NCBI GenBank assembly: GCA_051294905.1
Contig: CM119383.1
Coordinates: 9,052,001-9,116,000 of the forward strand
DNA from: Botryllus schlosseri
Taxonomy: Eukaryota
DNA: 64,000 nucleotides
Direction of reading: 5' to 3'
Shown: positions 12,401 to 27,400 of the stretch, one piece after another
Numbering within the stretch: the stretch's first letter is position 1
Layout of the letters: each line of letters begins with the position of its first letter
Program-made: the position numbers and the translations under genes
The notes under the pieces: generated by a model
The model's database searches: none
Seen by the model: the letters and a program-made list of their open reading frames with translations, nothing else
What the model was told of the DNA's origin: nothing

Positions 12401-15400
12401 TCGAGACAGTAACCTATTTATGGAATTGTCTCTCATTCATTAAATACCGATAAGGGCCATTGCTGTATTACATTGATGCAGTTGATTGTTTCCGTACATA
12501 TAAATATATAATCTTAATACTGTTGTTATGTGAAACACAACAGTCGGTGGGGGTAGCCTGCATAAAAGACTTGATTCGGCCATTCATGAATTAAATATTT
12601 ATCTGGTATCGTTGTTAATTTGTCACAAACCTTCCGTCGAGACAAACTAATCTAAAGAACTATGGAATCCGATACTGGATTGAGGCGATCATAAGAAACA
12701 ATACCAGCATGTTATTGTAACCTACTTGACAAGGCGTATTCAAGAGCAATGTCCGTGTTTGCCACTCCCGATAGTTACCTCTCAGTAGGTATGTTACAAG
12801 CACTAAATTGCCTACTAGACCCATTGTATGCATGAAATGTAGGTACGCTTTGATGGTTCCCTTATTTTTGTATCACAACTATTGTTTATTTAGTTGCTAA
12901 TAGATTCAGTGTGGTAGTATCCTTTCTTGTCCCGAAATGGAAAATATGCTATTGATAGGTAACTGTGTGAAGTCATTGTTCCTCTAAAATCATTACCACT
13001 AATTAAATTGATTGTGTTTCTGTGATATTCTATTTTAAGAAGCCATGCTCTGTTAGGCCACAACTCAGCAACCCTGTTGCTTCCTTCCCATTACCGCAGA
13101 CCGTTGATAGATTAGGCTGGGCTTTTCACACTATGTCGCAATTACATCACACAATTCTGGTCGATCCAAAGTTTGCTTTGTCTCAATACACCTTCTGACC
13201 GACTCTGTCTTCATTTGTTTTGTAAAGTAAACATTATTATCCAAGCGATCCAGAGTTTACCATGCATGTGGTTGTAACCATTTTCGCGGTTATTGGAGGA
13301 CATAGTAGTTACCGATTTGGTAAATTTGGTTTCTGGTAAATTGCAATTCCATTTTTCGATATCATTAATGCCAGATAGTGTCTTGATACTCAATACGATG
13401 CGTCAATTGTCTGTAGATTTTATGGCAAACACTGATCATAACTAATAATTGCTTGGCGACTAGCACCAAACCCAATCATACACAATTAGCCATTCTTATC
13501 AGTCTTCGCATTCCTTGTTGTTGGCACGGACGTATAGGATAGGAAGATTTATTGACATGAGGCTATCTCAAGACAGGATTCATGCTTGGCGGCATATACA
13601 AAATTTGACTTTACCCGTCAATTTTCAGTTGCTGAATCATCGTTATCTTGTAAAATTTCTTGCTACTAGTTTTAGAGCGATTCTCTTGGTAGCCTAGGGT
13701 AGATAACACACTCTTCAACACATTATCCAGTGATGGAAGCTCCAGTCATAACATGGATTGATTGAATCTCTTCCAGTGAGTTCCACCCACCTTTGATGAT
13801 GCAATTTCGTGCCTACATCTTCAACGTTGCTGAACATTCGTATGTGTTTTCATCTAGCTGTATATCTTCACAAACTATTGTCTATTTGCTTCTTGTTTAA
13901 TGACACGATGTGTAACTTGTGAAACATTAATTCCACACATGCATTCCGGGATCGGTATCCAGAAAATGTCTTCAAATACGGTATTTGAGAGTTGTAAAAT
14001 CTTTCACATCACAGGTCGTTACATAGTTTAACGATAACTGATACAATCTCACTTTGACTTCTGTAGAGGGGCTTCAAAATAGAATATTGTTATATGTGGG
14101 ATGCTACTGTGAGGTAAATCTATCGTTCAAGTAGTTATAAAGAGACGCTTGGGAGTACAGAACTTCATGACACATTTGAATAAAATATTCATTTTATTCC
14201 CGAAGCTTTTCGGCTGACCCTCGTCAGGGGGAATATCGTCAGCAATAATACGAGAATTCGAATAACTATGTTCAGCAACAATATGTATCGCTAATTATGA
14301 CGTCACAGAGATAATATACAAAGTTGGGAAAACGAGAGAACTGCAGCGTTGGCATGGAGATAGATATCATTACTATGAGCAAACCTAGTCTATGCCAACA
14401 GAAAGAATTTGTGTATCATTTGAAAATCGCGCATTAACTTGTTTTGCTTCGCTATCTCCATGCCAACGGCAGGTAGATAGATAGATAGATACTTATAAGT
14501 TACAAAAACTGGGGAAATGTGATCGATTGCTAGATTTTGAGTTGTATTCATTATTGCTTAAGTGCAAAACACATGTATAAAAACCATAATGATTACTAGA
14601 AAGATGCTACAGGCTTATTAATAGGCATTTGGAACCACCAAATCATGTACAAAGATTGTGGTCCAGATACTTTTAAGCCTCTTGCTTCTGTTTTTCTACC
14701 TCTTTGTTGACTAAATAATATTATCTTCTAGTTAGCAGTACCACGTTCACGCTCCATATGTCGCCTCTCTAAACCATAGATTCCTTATCTTAAAGATTTT
14801 CTGTAACCTGCACTCTGCGACTCACTCTGGTATGCCCGACGTCATTTGATACAGGGTTACGTTGCTTGTTTAGGCATTTTAAATGCCAATGCCCGTTCCC
14901 TGAAGATTCGGTCTGTCTGACTAAAGGGCATCATGGATTCATGGTTACTATTGTTTGTGAACATTCGGACTTCCCGTGATACTTTTGAAATATTTTCGAA
15001 ATTACTGCTAAAGGCGCTATAATGTACTTTTCCAACAACGTAGACCAGGAATTTTATTGATGTTTTAAATGTGTATTAACATGGACCGTGAATTGAATTG
15101 TGCACACATCTGTCAGGTTTGGTATCTTATAATGTGTAATCGCGACTTTTGTTCAAATCCCATCGTAAAAGTATATATGTATATTCCAGGTGTACGTTGC
15201 GCGCCAGATTTGAAGAATTCTGGTATTGAAAATGGCTCGGTGAACTGCACGGACGGTGTGTACTATCGATCGAGATGTAGCTACATGTGTCAAGAAGGTT
15301 ATGAAATGATCGGAAGCGAAACTACCACTTGTCAAATCGACGAGACATGGGATCAGGACAAGCCTGTTTGCAACAGTATGTTTGCGTTGGTACTTGGTGT

Positions 15401-18400
15401 AATGCTCAGTTTACCTTGACCTCATGCTTTTTACAGAAATTCGATGTCCGGCCATCACGCCGAGTAGACACAGTCTTATGACATGCTCGAAAGGAAATGA
15501 TTATGCTTCTGTCTGTGAATTTTCATGCTCTGAAGGCTATGATATGATCGGAACCCCGACTGCGACGTGTGCCGAGAGTAAAGTGTGGAGTAGCGATGTG
15601 CCCAAGTGTGAAAGTAAGCTTTCATCGTCAAAGAAAGTGATTTAAATATAGGTTTAGTCGGATAGGCCAGCACTCTGTGTATTAGGTAGATCGGTTAATC
15701 CAATGATAGCTAATTACTTGCAAGTCAATTTTTAAAATGTGAATTTGTGGAACCCGTTGGATTGTGAAACGTGTGCTGTGCATCCTGTATACAGGATCAG
15801 CGAATATATCCATTCAAATACATTACAACTATTTCTATGTAGCTTTCCGCCAATGTTTATTCGCTTATGTCATTTAGACTGTGTGCGAGGGTAGGGTTGA
15901 CATGCATGAACGGGAAAATTTGGTTTGTAATAAATGTGAACATTGTGTGTGACCATCAAATTTTATGAGGTTTGATGTTATGGTTGAGCGATTTATGATA
16001 TTTGATGTCAAGCATATTCATAGCCTCGTGACATTCTCCGGAGTGGTTAATTCCTTTTAATGCAAATCCCTGGAAATATTGCGACATCATCCACTGCCCA
16101 CTGGTTATGAATCATCAAATCCATCTATGAGTTACACCAACGATTTAGTGCCTTGTATAGTGTGTGATGGATTTCTTGAAAGAATTTTCTCCTAACATTC
16201 ATGGCATTGTCAATATATCATTGTTATTTTGTTTAGTACAAGATTTATATTCACCTTTACTTGATGATTATGATTATTCAGTACAGCCTTTCGTTGGTTA
16301 CAATCATTCCCAGAGACTATATCCCAAATAAAGTTCAAGTCATTAAGCTTTGTCTCTTGGGAATGGGGATCCATGATAGTGAAGGTTTTAATCAATGCTG
16401 TTGAGGCCTACAGCCATCCCTGCGGAGCTCGACTACCACCTGTAATTTGTGAATTGTGTCATAATCTGCGAGAAGTTGCTCCCAACGGCTTGCTAGCTTA
16501 CTGACTTTTCCACCTGCCTTGTGATAGACGAGACTTGTAACACGTGTCACGATATGGGAAAGGTATATGCTGCCATAGCTTCGTAAGTGCCACCAGTGAA
16601 GTTGGACTACTGTCTATTGTTGCAGTATGTAGTCTGACCGTAAGGCTTGTAATGCTACGTTTTTTACTCTAAAAGAGCTTCTTCGAGGTACAGTACTTCA
16701 ATATACAATTGAATAGTATATTCATACTGAAATGAACCTGAATATTTTCGGCTGACACTCGTCAGGGGTAATTGTCGGCAACTAGTAGAGAATTGGAAAG
16801 AACATCCTATATCAACGATCGTATCACAAAATATGACGTCACAAGCCAATACCTTTGTTGGAATTCATTTAGTCCTTGACGCAGAAAAATCAACCTCGTA
16901 GGCACCGTTGTGCATAGAGCATTGATGATATGTTAGCGTAACAAACTGAGTTTAGAACTTGACAACATCCGCAACATCTTACTTGATAACGGTTACCCTG
17001 AACACGTCATCAACCGCGGTATAGAGAAGAAATTAACGCAATTCAGCGCAAAAAATCAAACACAACCCACCGAACGAACAACCAAAGCTGTTTATAGCCT
17101 ATCCATCTACCTTCGATTGGTCCTATTTCCACCCGCTTTGAAAAACAATTGCTTTCAACGGTCAGTAAGTGTTATGACACAGTGAAAACTAACTTGATTT
17201 TTAAGACAACGCAACTGCTCCCTTCAACATGTAAAGACGTGCTTGCTGCACTTCAACAAAGCAATTTTTTACTCTACGAGACAAGACCACAGTCTTCATT
17301 CGTGTCAATACGTTTATGTTTTGTTGCACAGATTTTTAATTGCGATCTAAGGGGTTCATTTAATTGCTACCTTAATTGTCACTGGTTGTTTGACGTTGAG
17401 ATCTGTTTTACAATATAAATTATCAAGGGGTATCGACAAATAACTATCATTCTTTTGTGTTGCATCTCTCTCAGTACATATTGTCTACTTAATTTTATAG
17501 TGTGCCTACTGTAAATATCGTCATTCTGGCTTCAAACCCTGAAATTACCGTTTGTAATGCAGGGAAGACGTGCAACTCGCTTGGATTCCCGGAAAATGGA
17601 GGTATGTCGTGCAACGACAGCCACTTCTACGACTCTCGATGTTCCTTTACGTGCGACCGAGGCTACAACTTGGAAGGAGAAAGGTCGCTGAAATGCACCG
17701 GTGAAGGATGGGACTATGGCGCTCCGACCTGCAAACGTACGATCCATATTTTTCCAGGCTTATGGTTGGCACGTGCAGGACGCAAATATAATCTCTCGGG
17801 GTTTTAGTCGAAAGTTTTTAGGGACAAACTTGATAGAGTAAATGCTCAACAAAGTACGGATCGCTAAAACGTGTAAAACATAGTGTTGGTTTGTCAATAA
17901 TTACAAATATGGAAGACTGATTTATTGCCCGGTTCAAAGAAATTATCAAATACCTATGGACTATGGTGTAATTGATGGAAAAGGCTTTTTTGCAATGTTT
18001 TTAAGCATACTTTTCTAGACCTTTACAGCCCGGATTGAGACAGAAACCAATAATCTCAATTCCGTCCTATCTGAATCTCTTCAAATCTTCATAAAGCCAC
18101 ATTTTGACCGTTCAGTGTTCGTATTAATTATCATTACGTTGAGTGGATGACCAATTTTGCCACACCGCAATACAGTTCTAATTAAAGTAAAAAATGTGGC
18201 GTACCGCATTCGGTTGTTATATATACCTTTCGATCTTCGACAAGTCATTATGAGTTCCGTTTGTGCTTAACTCCACGCCTACTGACCCCGAGGCATCAAA
18301 TCGGACTGATGTTTTGTGTTCAAAGCCTCGCGATTTCGCGTTAAAGTATACCTCGTCTTTAGCAAACTATTGCAGTCACAAATTTATGCCCTTCGTGTCG

Positions 18401-21400
18401 ACAGCAGATTTATCGCGTTTTGTCAAGAATATTGTGTTTTGAAAAAATAATGCCGCACTGAGTTTCAACACGTGGGATATTATGACATCTTCCAAGGTCG
18501 TCCTCTGCTTATTTTAAGATAACACAGGCTAAAACCAGAAAGGGGAGTCATGTGAAACACCGGGCCTTATTACTTACCAAGTAAATTCATGGAATGCGGC
18601 GTACTGTATTATCTCCTTAACACAGTGGCCGATACCAAGTCTGGATACATCTGATCCACAGTCTTGTAGTAATGAGTGATGCGATCAATTCCGTAATTGG
18701 TGCTCAATCACTGTGAAATCGCAAGCGCATTTCGTAGACTTCTTAATGAATTTACAACCTCGTAAAATTGTTGTCATAAATGACATACTTACGCAGTCCG
18801 TGCTCTTTTGTCTTTAGAAATCACGTGCAGCAGAATCGGCAGTGTCGTAAACGGCAATCTGAATTGCTCAGATGGAGAGGTGTACGGATCAAAGTGTTCA
18901 TTTTCATGCGCTCGTGGGTATTCGTTGAACGGAGATGAATCGATTCAATGCATAAACACCGGCTGGTCTAAATCCATCCCCACGTGCAAACGTAAGTCAA
19001 TTAAACGAAGATATTTTATGTGTTTCCAAATTTGTACTATGTCTATCTTGTTTTTAAGAAATCACCTGCCCGGCTATTTCAAATCCAAGAAACGGCAATG
19101 TGATTTGCTCTCAAGGCAATGCGTACGGTTCTGCCTGCTATATGATGTGTCAAACGGGCTTTACGGTGTCGAATCGACTTCAGGGCGTCCCAATCATGTG
19201 CCAAATTGACGGCACGTGGTCTGTGGATGTCGATAATTTACACTGTAAAAGTATGTGTCTTCTGCGTGAGAATAATGCTGTGCGTATGGGTTCTCAGGGA
19301 TTATTCGATCGTGATCCCAAACTTGCTCTTGAATTAAGCTGATCGAATCAGTCTGATCCTAGATTAGGTTTGTGAATTCGAATGTTCTTATCTGAAATTT
19401 GAGATCATAGTTCAAACCAGCACCATTGCTATGATATCTGAGTTTTGTCATGCAGAATGTTGGTGTCTATGTGACCGGCACTGATGCTAATTAGTGCAAG
19501 AGCTTACATTGTATATAAACGTATTATATGAGTACGTTTGCATACGAGTATTGTTAACCAGATATGGATTAATGCGGATTCACAGAGAATCTGTAGGTAG
19601 CTATTTGAAAATTTGCTTTACGTCCGTGTCAGCCTGCTATGTATTCCGATTGTGAAAATTATTACTATGACCTCTCGAGCCTGAAGTGGATTGCGTCGGT
19701 AGCGTACATACGTACACTGACCTATCGATTTATACTGACAGAATTTCAATGCCGCCCGATAATAAATGTGAACCATGGATTCATCTCGTGCACGTCGCTA
19801 GATTATGAGTTTAATTCGTCGTGCAACTTCACGTGCAAGAAAGGTTACAACCTTCTTGGCTCGCCGGAGACCGTCTGCACTATGAACGGATGGAACTCAC
19901 AGTCTCCGACTTGCAGTCGTGAGTATAACATCGACCTCTATTAGTGATGCTACATTTTGTTTAGGATTCCCTTAGACACCATTTAGTAGGAGGAGAAAAC
20001 ATGTGTCGGCACTGTCGCAGGCCTGGTTTTCTCCAGTACATAGCATTGATTGTCTGGATTGTGATTCCTCGACTTCGAGTCTGTAGTGTTCAGCAAATTC
20101 ACCCTGAGTCTGGGTTATTCTAGTGCAGTGGTTCCCAAACTTTTTATGTTTGCGATCCAATTTTCAATTTGAAAAGTTTTCATGACCCTCCTAAAAATTT
20201 CCATATACATCTTCCCGGGTAGCACCTACAGCTAGTTTAGCCAATTCTCAAGTGTTTTACACAGTAGAAATAATAAGACAAGCTTTTATCGCAATGTATC
20301 AATGCATCAATGTTGTTGGTTTAAACCAGTGGTTCCCAAAGTAGGCCTCAGCTACAAATTGGGCAATTGTTGAGTGCTTCGTCGCTAGCTGTCGTGCTCC
20401 TATGCATAGGTGGTACCTGGTCCGCTGTGTAAAATAACTTTTGATACGGGAAACACTGGTTTCAACAGGCCTGCGAAACGACAAAAATTTTCACACAAGC
20501 GATACGCTGCCCATGTATGACTAGGGATTAAGCCTATCGGACATTGCCTACCTCATTTATGACCCGCCTATTTCAGGACAAACGTGCTCCCCGCCGCTGG
20601 CAAGGCCTTCGAACGGAAAGATCAAATGCGAAAGCGACGGTCCGCCTGTTTGCACGTTCTCGTGCGACAAAGGCTACGAGCTGAGCGGCGAGTCTGTCAG
20701 CCGGTGTCAACCCAACGAGAGGTGGAGCGTTGAGGAAATTCCAATATGTTCCAGTGAGTTTTGAATTGCATGTGTCGGCGTAGGTGGTCAGTAACGAAGT
20801 AGGCTACTTTTTTTTCTGACTACAACTACTTACCCAAGTGGTTATGACTTTGTAGTACTTCTACTTCTACAACCACAGTTTTCAGTTTTTAGACAAAACT
20901 AGGCCTAGAATACTTAAAAACCGCTACTTCTACTGACGAACATATTTCAACGTGTACTTGAGTACCTACAATGACTACCAATTAGGTCTGTCGGACAATA
21001 TACCTAACTCGGTTTTGTGGCTTGGTACAAAATATGCACGACAAGCTCATTACCTTACTGAGGTGATGTAACTGTGTTGGTCAAAACACTATGAGCTAGT
21101 TTTCCGGGCCATGGCAGAGTTGAGCAACACCTCTGTGTTGAAATCGCCAAACAAATAGTATTCAACAGAACAACGTTGGCTGCATCAGTCTTGCAGTGAA
21201 TCGCCATCATGATATTGATAGACACCGTACTCGTATGGTATTGGTCCTTGTGACGTTCAATACAGTTTTTTAATCGAAAAGCCAAGATCACTGATAATCG
21301 GGACATCTATTCTTATGCTACTTTTCACGTAGTAAGATCTCTCTGATATCAGCATGGAGGGCATTTCCAGTCTCTTAAGAATTTCGGGAACATATTAGAG

Positions 21401-24400
21401 ACGTCATAGAGCCCCTAGAGCAGGGGTCACCAACCTTTTTGCAACCAAGGGCTACTTTTGGGTACTGATTGAAGCGACGGGCTACCATTTACTCCCACCG
21501 TTTATCCGTGTCAGACACAATTTCCGCTTTGATATTCATAGCATTGGGCAGGTATCGCATAGCGGTAAGACTTCTAAGAGATTCTTTTAAATAAAAACAT
21601 CTCATTTCAACCAGCTAGCCACTAAGACTTTTTAAGAAATCACGAATTACTTCGCACCGTGTTTATATAAATTATATAACAACTGTAAGCTCAGATTTTA
21701 AAATAAATATCGTCACACGTTATACTGGACATCGTGTTATCTGTTTCTAAACCAGTCAGTGGGAGGCCTGGCATTGCATGCTATCAACTAGTGCGCTGTA
21801 TACTCTTGTATGTAACTTACACTGCAACTCTGAGTGAGTGTTCCGGATGTGCATTAGTGAGGCGTGTTCTGTGTTTGTTATTTGATGAATGTCATGTCCG
21901 CAAAGGCTGATTCACAACGATAAGTTGAACCAAACACGCTTGCAACCTTCATAGCTGCTGCGCATTCACTACTGTACTTTTCCGTGTCAACAAGGCACCA
22001 AAAGTTTGCTGCAGCCTTGTGGGCTTTGAGGTGGAGGTGATTTTGCAGTGGTACAATTTCAATCTCTAACTGTTCAGCATCCAGACATGACAGATTTCAT
22101 TATACCCGACAACAGCATCGATTACAGAAAGTTAGATACATGGTACTATAAATTGCGTTGAGTGTAAAAGAGACAAGCTGTGTCAAAATATGCAATACAC
22201 ATTGGCCATACTGCATCTTCTAGTACGTCACCGCCATTTGCTACCGGATAGTAATGTTGTTTACTACTTTGGCATTGTCCGGGACGTCGAGCTACCATAA
22301 TGAAACCCCCCACCCTTTCAAGAAGACCGTGGATCGCATGCCGTCATATCGCCCGTATGGGCAGTACGCAGTAGTGCTATTCTACCTCTTCGATATCTTG
22401 TTATTCTACTACATCTTGGTATATTACTAATTGTAATTGGGGATATTTGATATCATCATTTTAAGTGTTTATATATATGTATTGTCATTTCTAAGTCACA
22501 TGTTATAGTGTGATTTAAACAACAATAGCTAAATCACTCAATTTATCTATTTAAAAGCTCACTGGTGATAATCTGACGAACATTGGCAAATGCTGCTATT
22601 CGATCTATTTTTAGAACAGGCTCGCGGGCACCACATCTGGACCTCGTGGGCTACCTGGTGCCCGCGGGCACCAGGTTGGTGACCCCTGCCCTAGAGGGTT
22701 TCGCATATATTTTATCAATATTATAACTATGTACCGGTATACATCTGGTGACCAGTATGTGCACAGTTCAGAGCGTAGGATATTAAGATTACTTTGAAAT
22801 TCACTATGATTATAAATATTCATCGGAATAAAGCCCAGGGACACGTATTGGAGTCGTTTTCATGTTAAGTTTCTTCTCTCGGGGGAATTGCAACTGGCGA
22901 AATGCCAAGGGGATAATTATTCCGAGCAATCCCCTCATCTATATTTCACGATGCGATGTTATCTCGTTTCAGTTGTGAGATGCCCGAAGGATCCGGACAT
23001 TCCGCGGCACGGGAATATGTCTTGCACCGGTAAGACGTACGAGTCGCAGTGTCGGTTCAAGTGCGAGATCGGGTACAATTTGGTGGGGAGTGAAACCACG
23101 ACGTGTGCGGAACTGCGGACTTGGGACCAGGAGTCACCCACTTGTCAAAGTATGTCCATGAGTTATTTCGACCAAGCATTCACTTATCAAAGCGTAATGG
23201 TGGAGCATCCGATTTCTTGATCGGTAGGTCCTGGGTTTAATCCCCGGCCGGGTCAGACCAAAGACCTCATTAGTAACACTGGTATCCATGACTTCCCCAC
23301 TTAGCGCTCAGCATTACTGGGATAGCATGGAGGGGTAGTGCAAGACTTAAAAGGCCTTACAAGACTATATCTGTACCTTCCGTATTCAGCGGCATATGCA
23401 TAACATGCACTCGTGGTATATATATATATGCACAGATCGTGGCCTTCAGATCGTGGAACTAGGCCCAGAATACTAGTCTCTTTACAAGTTCAGTACAAGT
23501 CTTTTAGCTACTGGGAAATTGGTACCTTTTCCTTGCTTATTCCAACAATGAAAAGTTTGACTTATTTTCAATGAAAATGATAGCACTGACAAGTGATAAA
23601 TTCAAGGATGCTAGATGCCATGCCTATGATGCCTGTGCCTATGCAATGCATAATAATGAATAACAAAATAAATGCAACAAATAACTAAGAATATTGGTAC
23701 CAGCAATATGCAATGGATTGTGTCGGTCAATATATTTTTCGGTAATAATAACACTGGAGTAATACCACTATTGTCGTGATTAGAATATGACATTTACGAG
23801 ACTATATCTGTACCTTCCGTATTCAGCGGCATATGCATAACATGCACTCGTGGTATATATATATATGCACAGATCGTGGCCTTCAGATCGTGGAACTAGG
23901 CCCAGAATACTAGTCTCTTTACAAGTTCAGTACAAGTCTTTTAGCTACTGGGAAATTGGTACCTTTTCCTTGCTTATTCCAACAATGAAAAGTTTGACTT
24001 ATTTTCAATGAAAATGATAGCACTGACAAGTGATAAATTCAAGGATGCTAGATGCCATGCCTATGATGCCTGTGCCTATGCAATGCATAATAATGAATAA
24101 CAAAATAAATGCAACAAATAACTAAGAATATTGGTACCAGCAATATGCAATGGATTGTGTCGGTCAATATATTTTTCGGTAATAATAACACTGGAGTAAT
24201 ACCACTATTGTCGTGATTAGAATATGACATTTACGAGTAAGAGAAACAAACATAATGATAGTAATCGGTATAACAGTTCCTATGTGTTTGCTCTGTGGCA
24301 GTGGCGTTTGTTTACTTTGGCCGATGGTTCAACTGGTGAGTGCAATTTTTTGAAACAATATTCCACGCTCGTGAGACAGGGCGCTTCGTAGTTATGATAT

Positions 24401-27400
24401 GATATCTACGCTGGTAAAATGTGACGCAAATCTGTCCAAAATGTATTGCCACTTAGCCAGTCAAAGTTTTGAAACTTGAATATAACTGGTAGGTGCTTTG
24501 GTTTCGAACAGTGCCATAGTGGAAGGGGCGGTTAAACAAAATTAGTACCGAGCAGTGAGAAAATATTTAATCTGCAATGGAAATGAAAATGATTTTACAG
24601 TCTGTTTTTATAGCTAATAGTTATATTATTACGAACTAAAGTAAATGTTCATCAATTTTTCACAGAAATATCATGCCCTCCTCTGGAGAAGGTGGAATTC
24701 GGCAAGGTTACTTGTTCGGAGGACTACAATTATAAATCGGAATGTCGGTTCGAATGCGACAGCGGATACAAGTTAATCGGAAATGCAAAGTTGCAATGCC
24801 GTCACAACGCGACGTGGGACGTGTCTCCGCCATATTGTGAAAGTACGTCTAACAGCTTTGTGTCACTTATTGTTTGGATATGACAATGCAGAGTGTTCTA
24901 TTGTGAAAATGATACTGCATTTGTTCCGGAGCTACAGTGTCGGCCCTACATACCGTATATTAAATTTAGATTTGAGATTTTTTTGTCACCCTGTGATTTG
25001 TGACACCAAATTATGAAGTGTCCTAGTTAAAGACCCTGCTCTTTGAGAGATGGCTCCTATGTGAACTTCAAGATTACAGTAATTAACAAAACGGCCCCAC
25101 CAAGTGTCCTAGTTAACGACCTCTTTCGAAGCTAGTTCTTACGCAAACTTCAAGATCACGTTTATTAACAAAACAGTCCCACCACACTCTACACATATAT
25201 CAGTGTAAGGAAAGTAGAGGACGTTATGTATTTTTGTCCTTGATGTTTTTGCGGCATATACACCTTTACTTTCGCAGAAGCAATCTGCTTGAGCTAGCAA
25301 TCTTCATACTTGAACCACAATTCTGTGCCAAAAAGTCGAGGTTCCTTTCTAGATCGTAAACCCTTCGTGATCAATATCAATGAGGTAGTCACTCTCGAAA
25401 AGGCAGGGAGCATCTTTTGTGACTTCTCACATGACTACTAATGGCACTACAAATAGGTGCAATTTTCGTAAATGTAGGCTGTTTATAGGGGGCTTTTTCA
25501 CCCATTTGTTATAACAACATCGCTCATAAAACGTGTGCAGACATATGAAGAAAATTACTTTCCAAGCTGCATAAATCAAAACACCTTTTTTGCTAAAATA
25601 TTGTTACCAAGTAATGGACATCGTCTAAATCAGAGGCCTCAAACACGCGGCCCGCGACGGCATTTTGGAATTTCAGGTATTCGACAATATATTCCAGTGC
25701 CACATAATATCTTTTTTAGATATAAGAACTTGAAGTTCACTCTAAAACTATTATAAAGCACTGAAATCTCAACAAACTACACTATCACATCACTTTTAAA
25801 AGCTGCCATGCGGTAAAAGATCAGCTATTACGTCGCATTTCTAGTTCAATATGATAAAACATGACCCGTTGATGACTCGTGACTGAAAACTGTGATTTGG
25901 TTTTGTGTGATCTTTGATAAAATTACTCGATTTCGCATTGACTGGGTGATTAAATAAAAATGACTCGAGTTGAGTCGAGTCAAACGTTAAAATCAGAGAA
26001 GGACTTGTGACTCGGAATGGTGACTTGACAATCCTACGGATGCAACAATCTATAAAACTGTCATGGGGAATAGTAATATATCAAAAAGTCGTAGCTTGCG
26101 TTGCGTAGGGTATATAATATATAGCTATCTCATCAGGTCAGGAATGCAACCATCGGCGTTATGTGACTCCCGTGACGTATAGTTGGTTACATGCTGGGTG
26201 TTGCCTGATCTCTTTATCCATGTTATTATCGGTGGTGAGGAAGGTAGTAGTACGCTCCAAAGCTGTAACACCATTGAATTCATCGGTGACTGGACAAGTG
26301 GACATTTCTATTCCAGGGGTTCTTAATCAGGGTACTTAGACCCTTTCGGGGTACGGAGCACAACATCATGGCGAACGAGATGCATTGTGGAGTTAAGCCT
26401 AGATGCTGTGGAATATTTTTTTGACCAATTTATCCAACTGGAAAATGGTCTTCGCGCTACGTGCGATTTTACGTGTATGGGCTTTCTAATTTTATCATAG
26501 GTACAATCAGAAATTGTGTTGAAAATGAACAGCTGGGCTACAAGAAATTTTCGTGGAAGCACGAGGGGTGCGATCACTAAGGTTAAGAAACAATGCTATT
26601 ACTATGGCTCAATCATGATTATATTCAAGTTGTTATTGATATGTTCCAATAATAATCGAAGGCAAAATCTGACGCTGATTTAATTTGACTTTGGCAATGA
26701 CATAGTAACAATAGCCTACTTATCACGACTATATCATAACCTGGATTAGGCTACACCGCTCAAATGCTCTGACATCAGATCAATCTTCAGCAGATTTTAA
26801 AATATTCTACATAAAATTGTGGTACGTCAAAGGTCCACTAGCTGCAATATTATAACTCGACAGTTTGACGATGTCATGACTCATGACGCAATCCTCTCGC
26901 ATGGTGTCTATAACTCATTATTTGAACAAATAATGTCCATAAAAACAATTTTATTCAAATATTTGAAAACATGAATTTTTTTTCAGTGTCAAGCGTGAAT
27001 AGTACAATAGTAAATTACCTTTTCATGGTGTTTGTGGAATGCCTGTCCTCAAGCTCCCGTCAAATAAGGCATACTTGGAAATTCTTCGTTGAATATCCAT
27101 TGGTGGTGCGGCCCGCGGCGTCATCAAAACTAAGAAATTGGCCCGCGAGCACATTTGAGTTTGAGACCTCTGGTCTAAATATATAACCAGTCTGTAAGTT
27201 GTCCAAAGTACGCAAAACATACTTGAGTACTGTGAAAAAACGGAAGTACAAGCACAAGCAATTGTGTTGTCCAAGTCGTTAGGTAGGTCACCGGCCTGCA
27301 CCTGCATACTCATCGCTACCGTCTTGCATGTAGCTTGTCAAAGCCCGTGAAAGCATGTCTTATTTATTCGACAGGAATCACTTGCGCTACGAGTTTCTCG

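Noticed and set aside
9777-15189. Additional sushi exons in the 5.4-kb intron
   Set aside because: I found no C-x-C..GY..C..W..P.C pattern with phase-1 splice sites; the region looks like decayed repeats.
23611-24230. Two identical 60-aa ORFs as duplicated small genes
   Set aside because: A by-product of the 437-bp intronic duplication, with low-complexity composition and no coding features.
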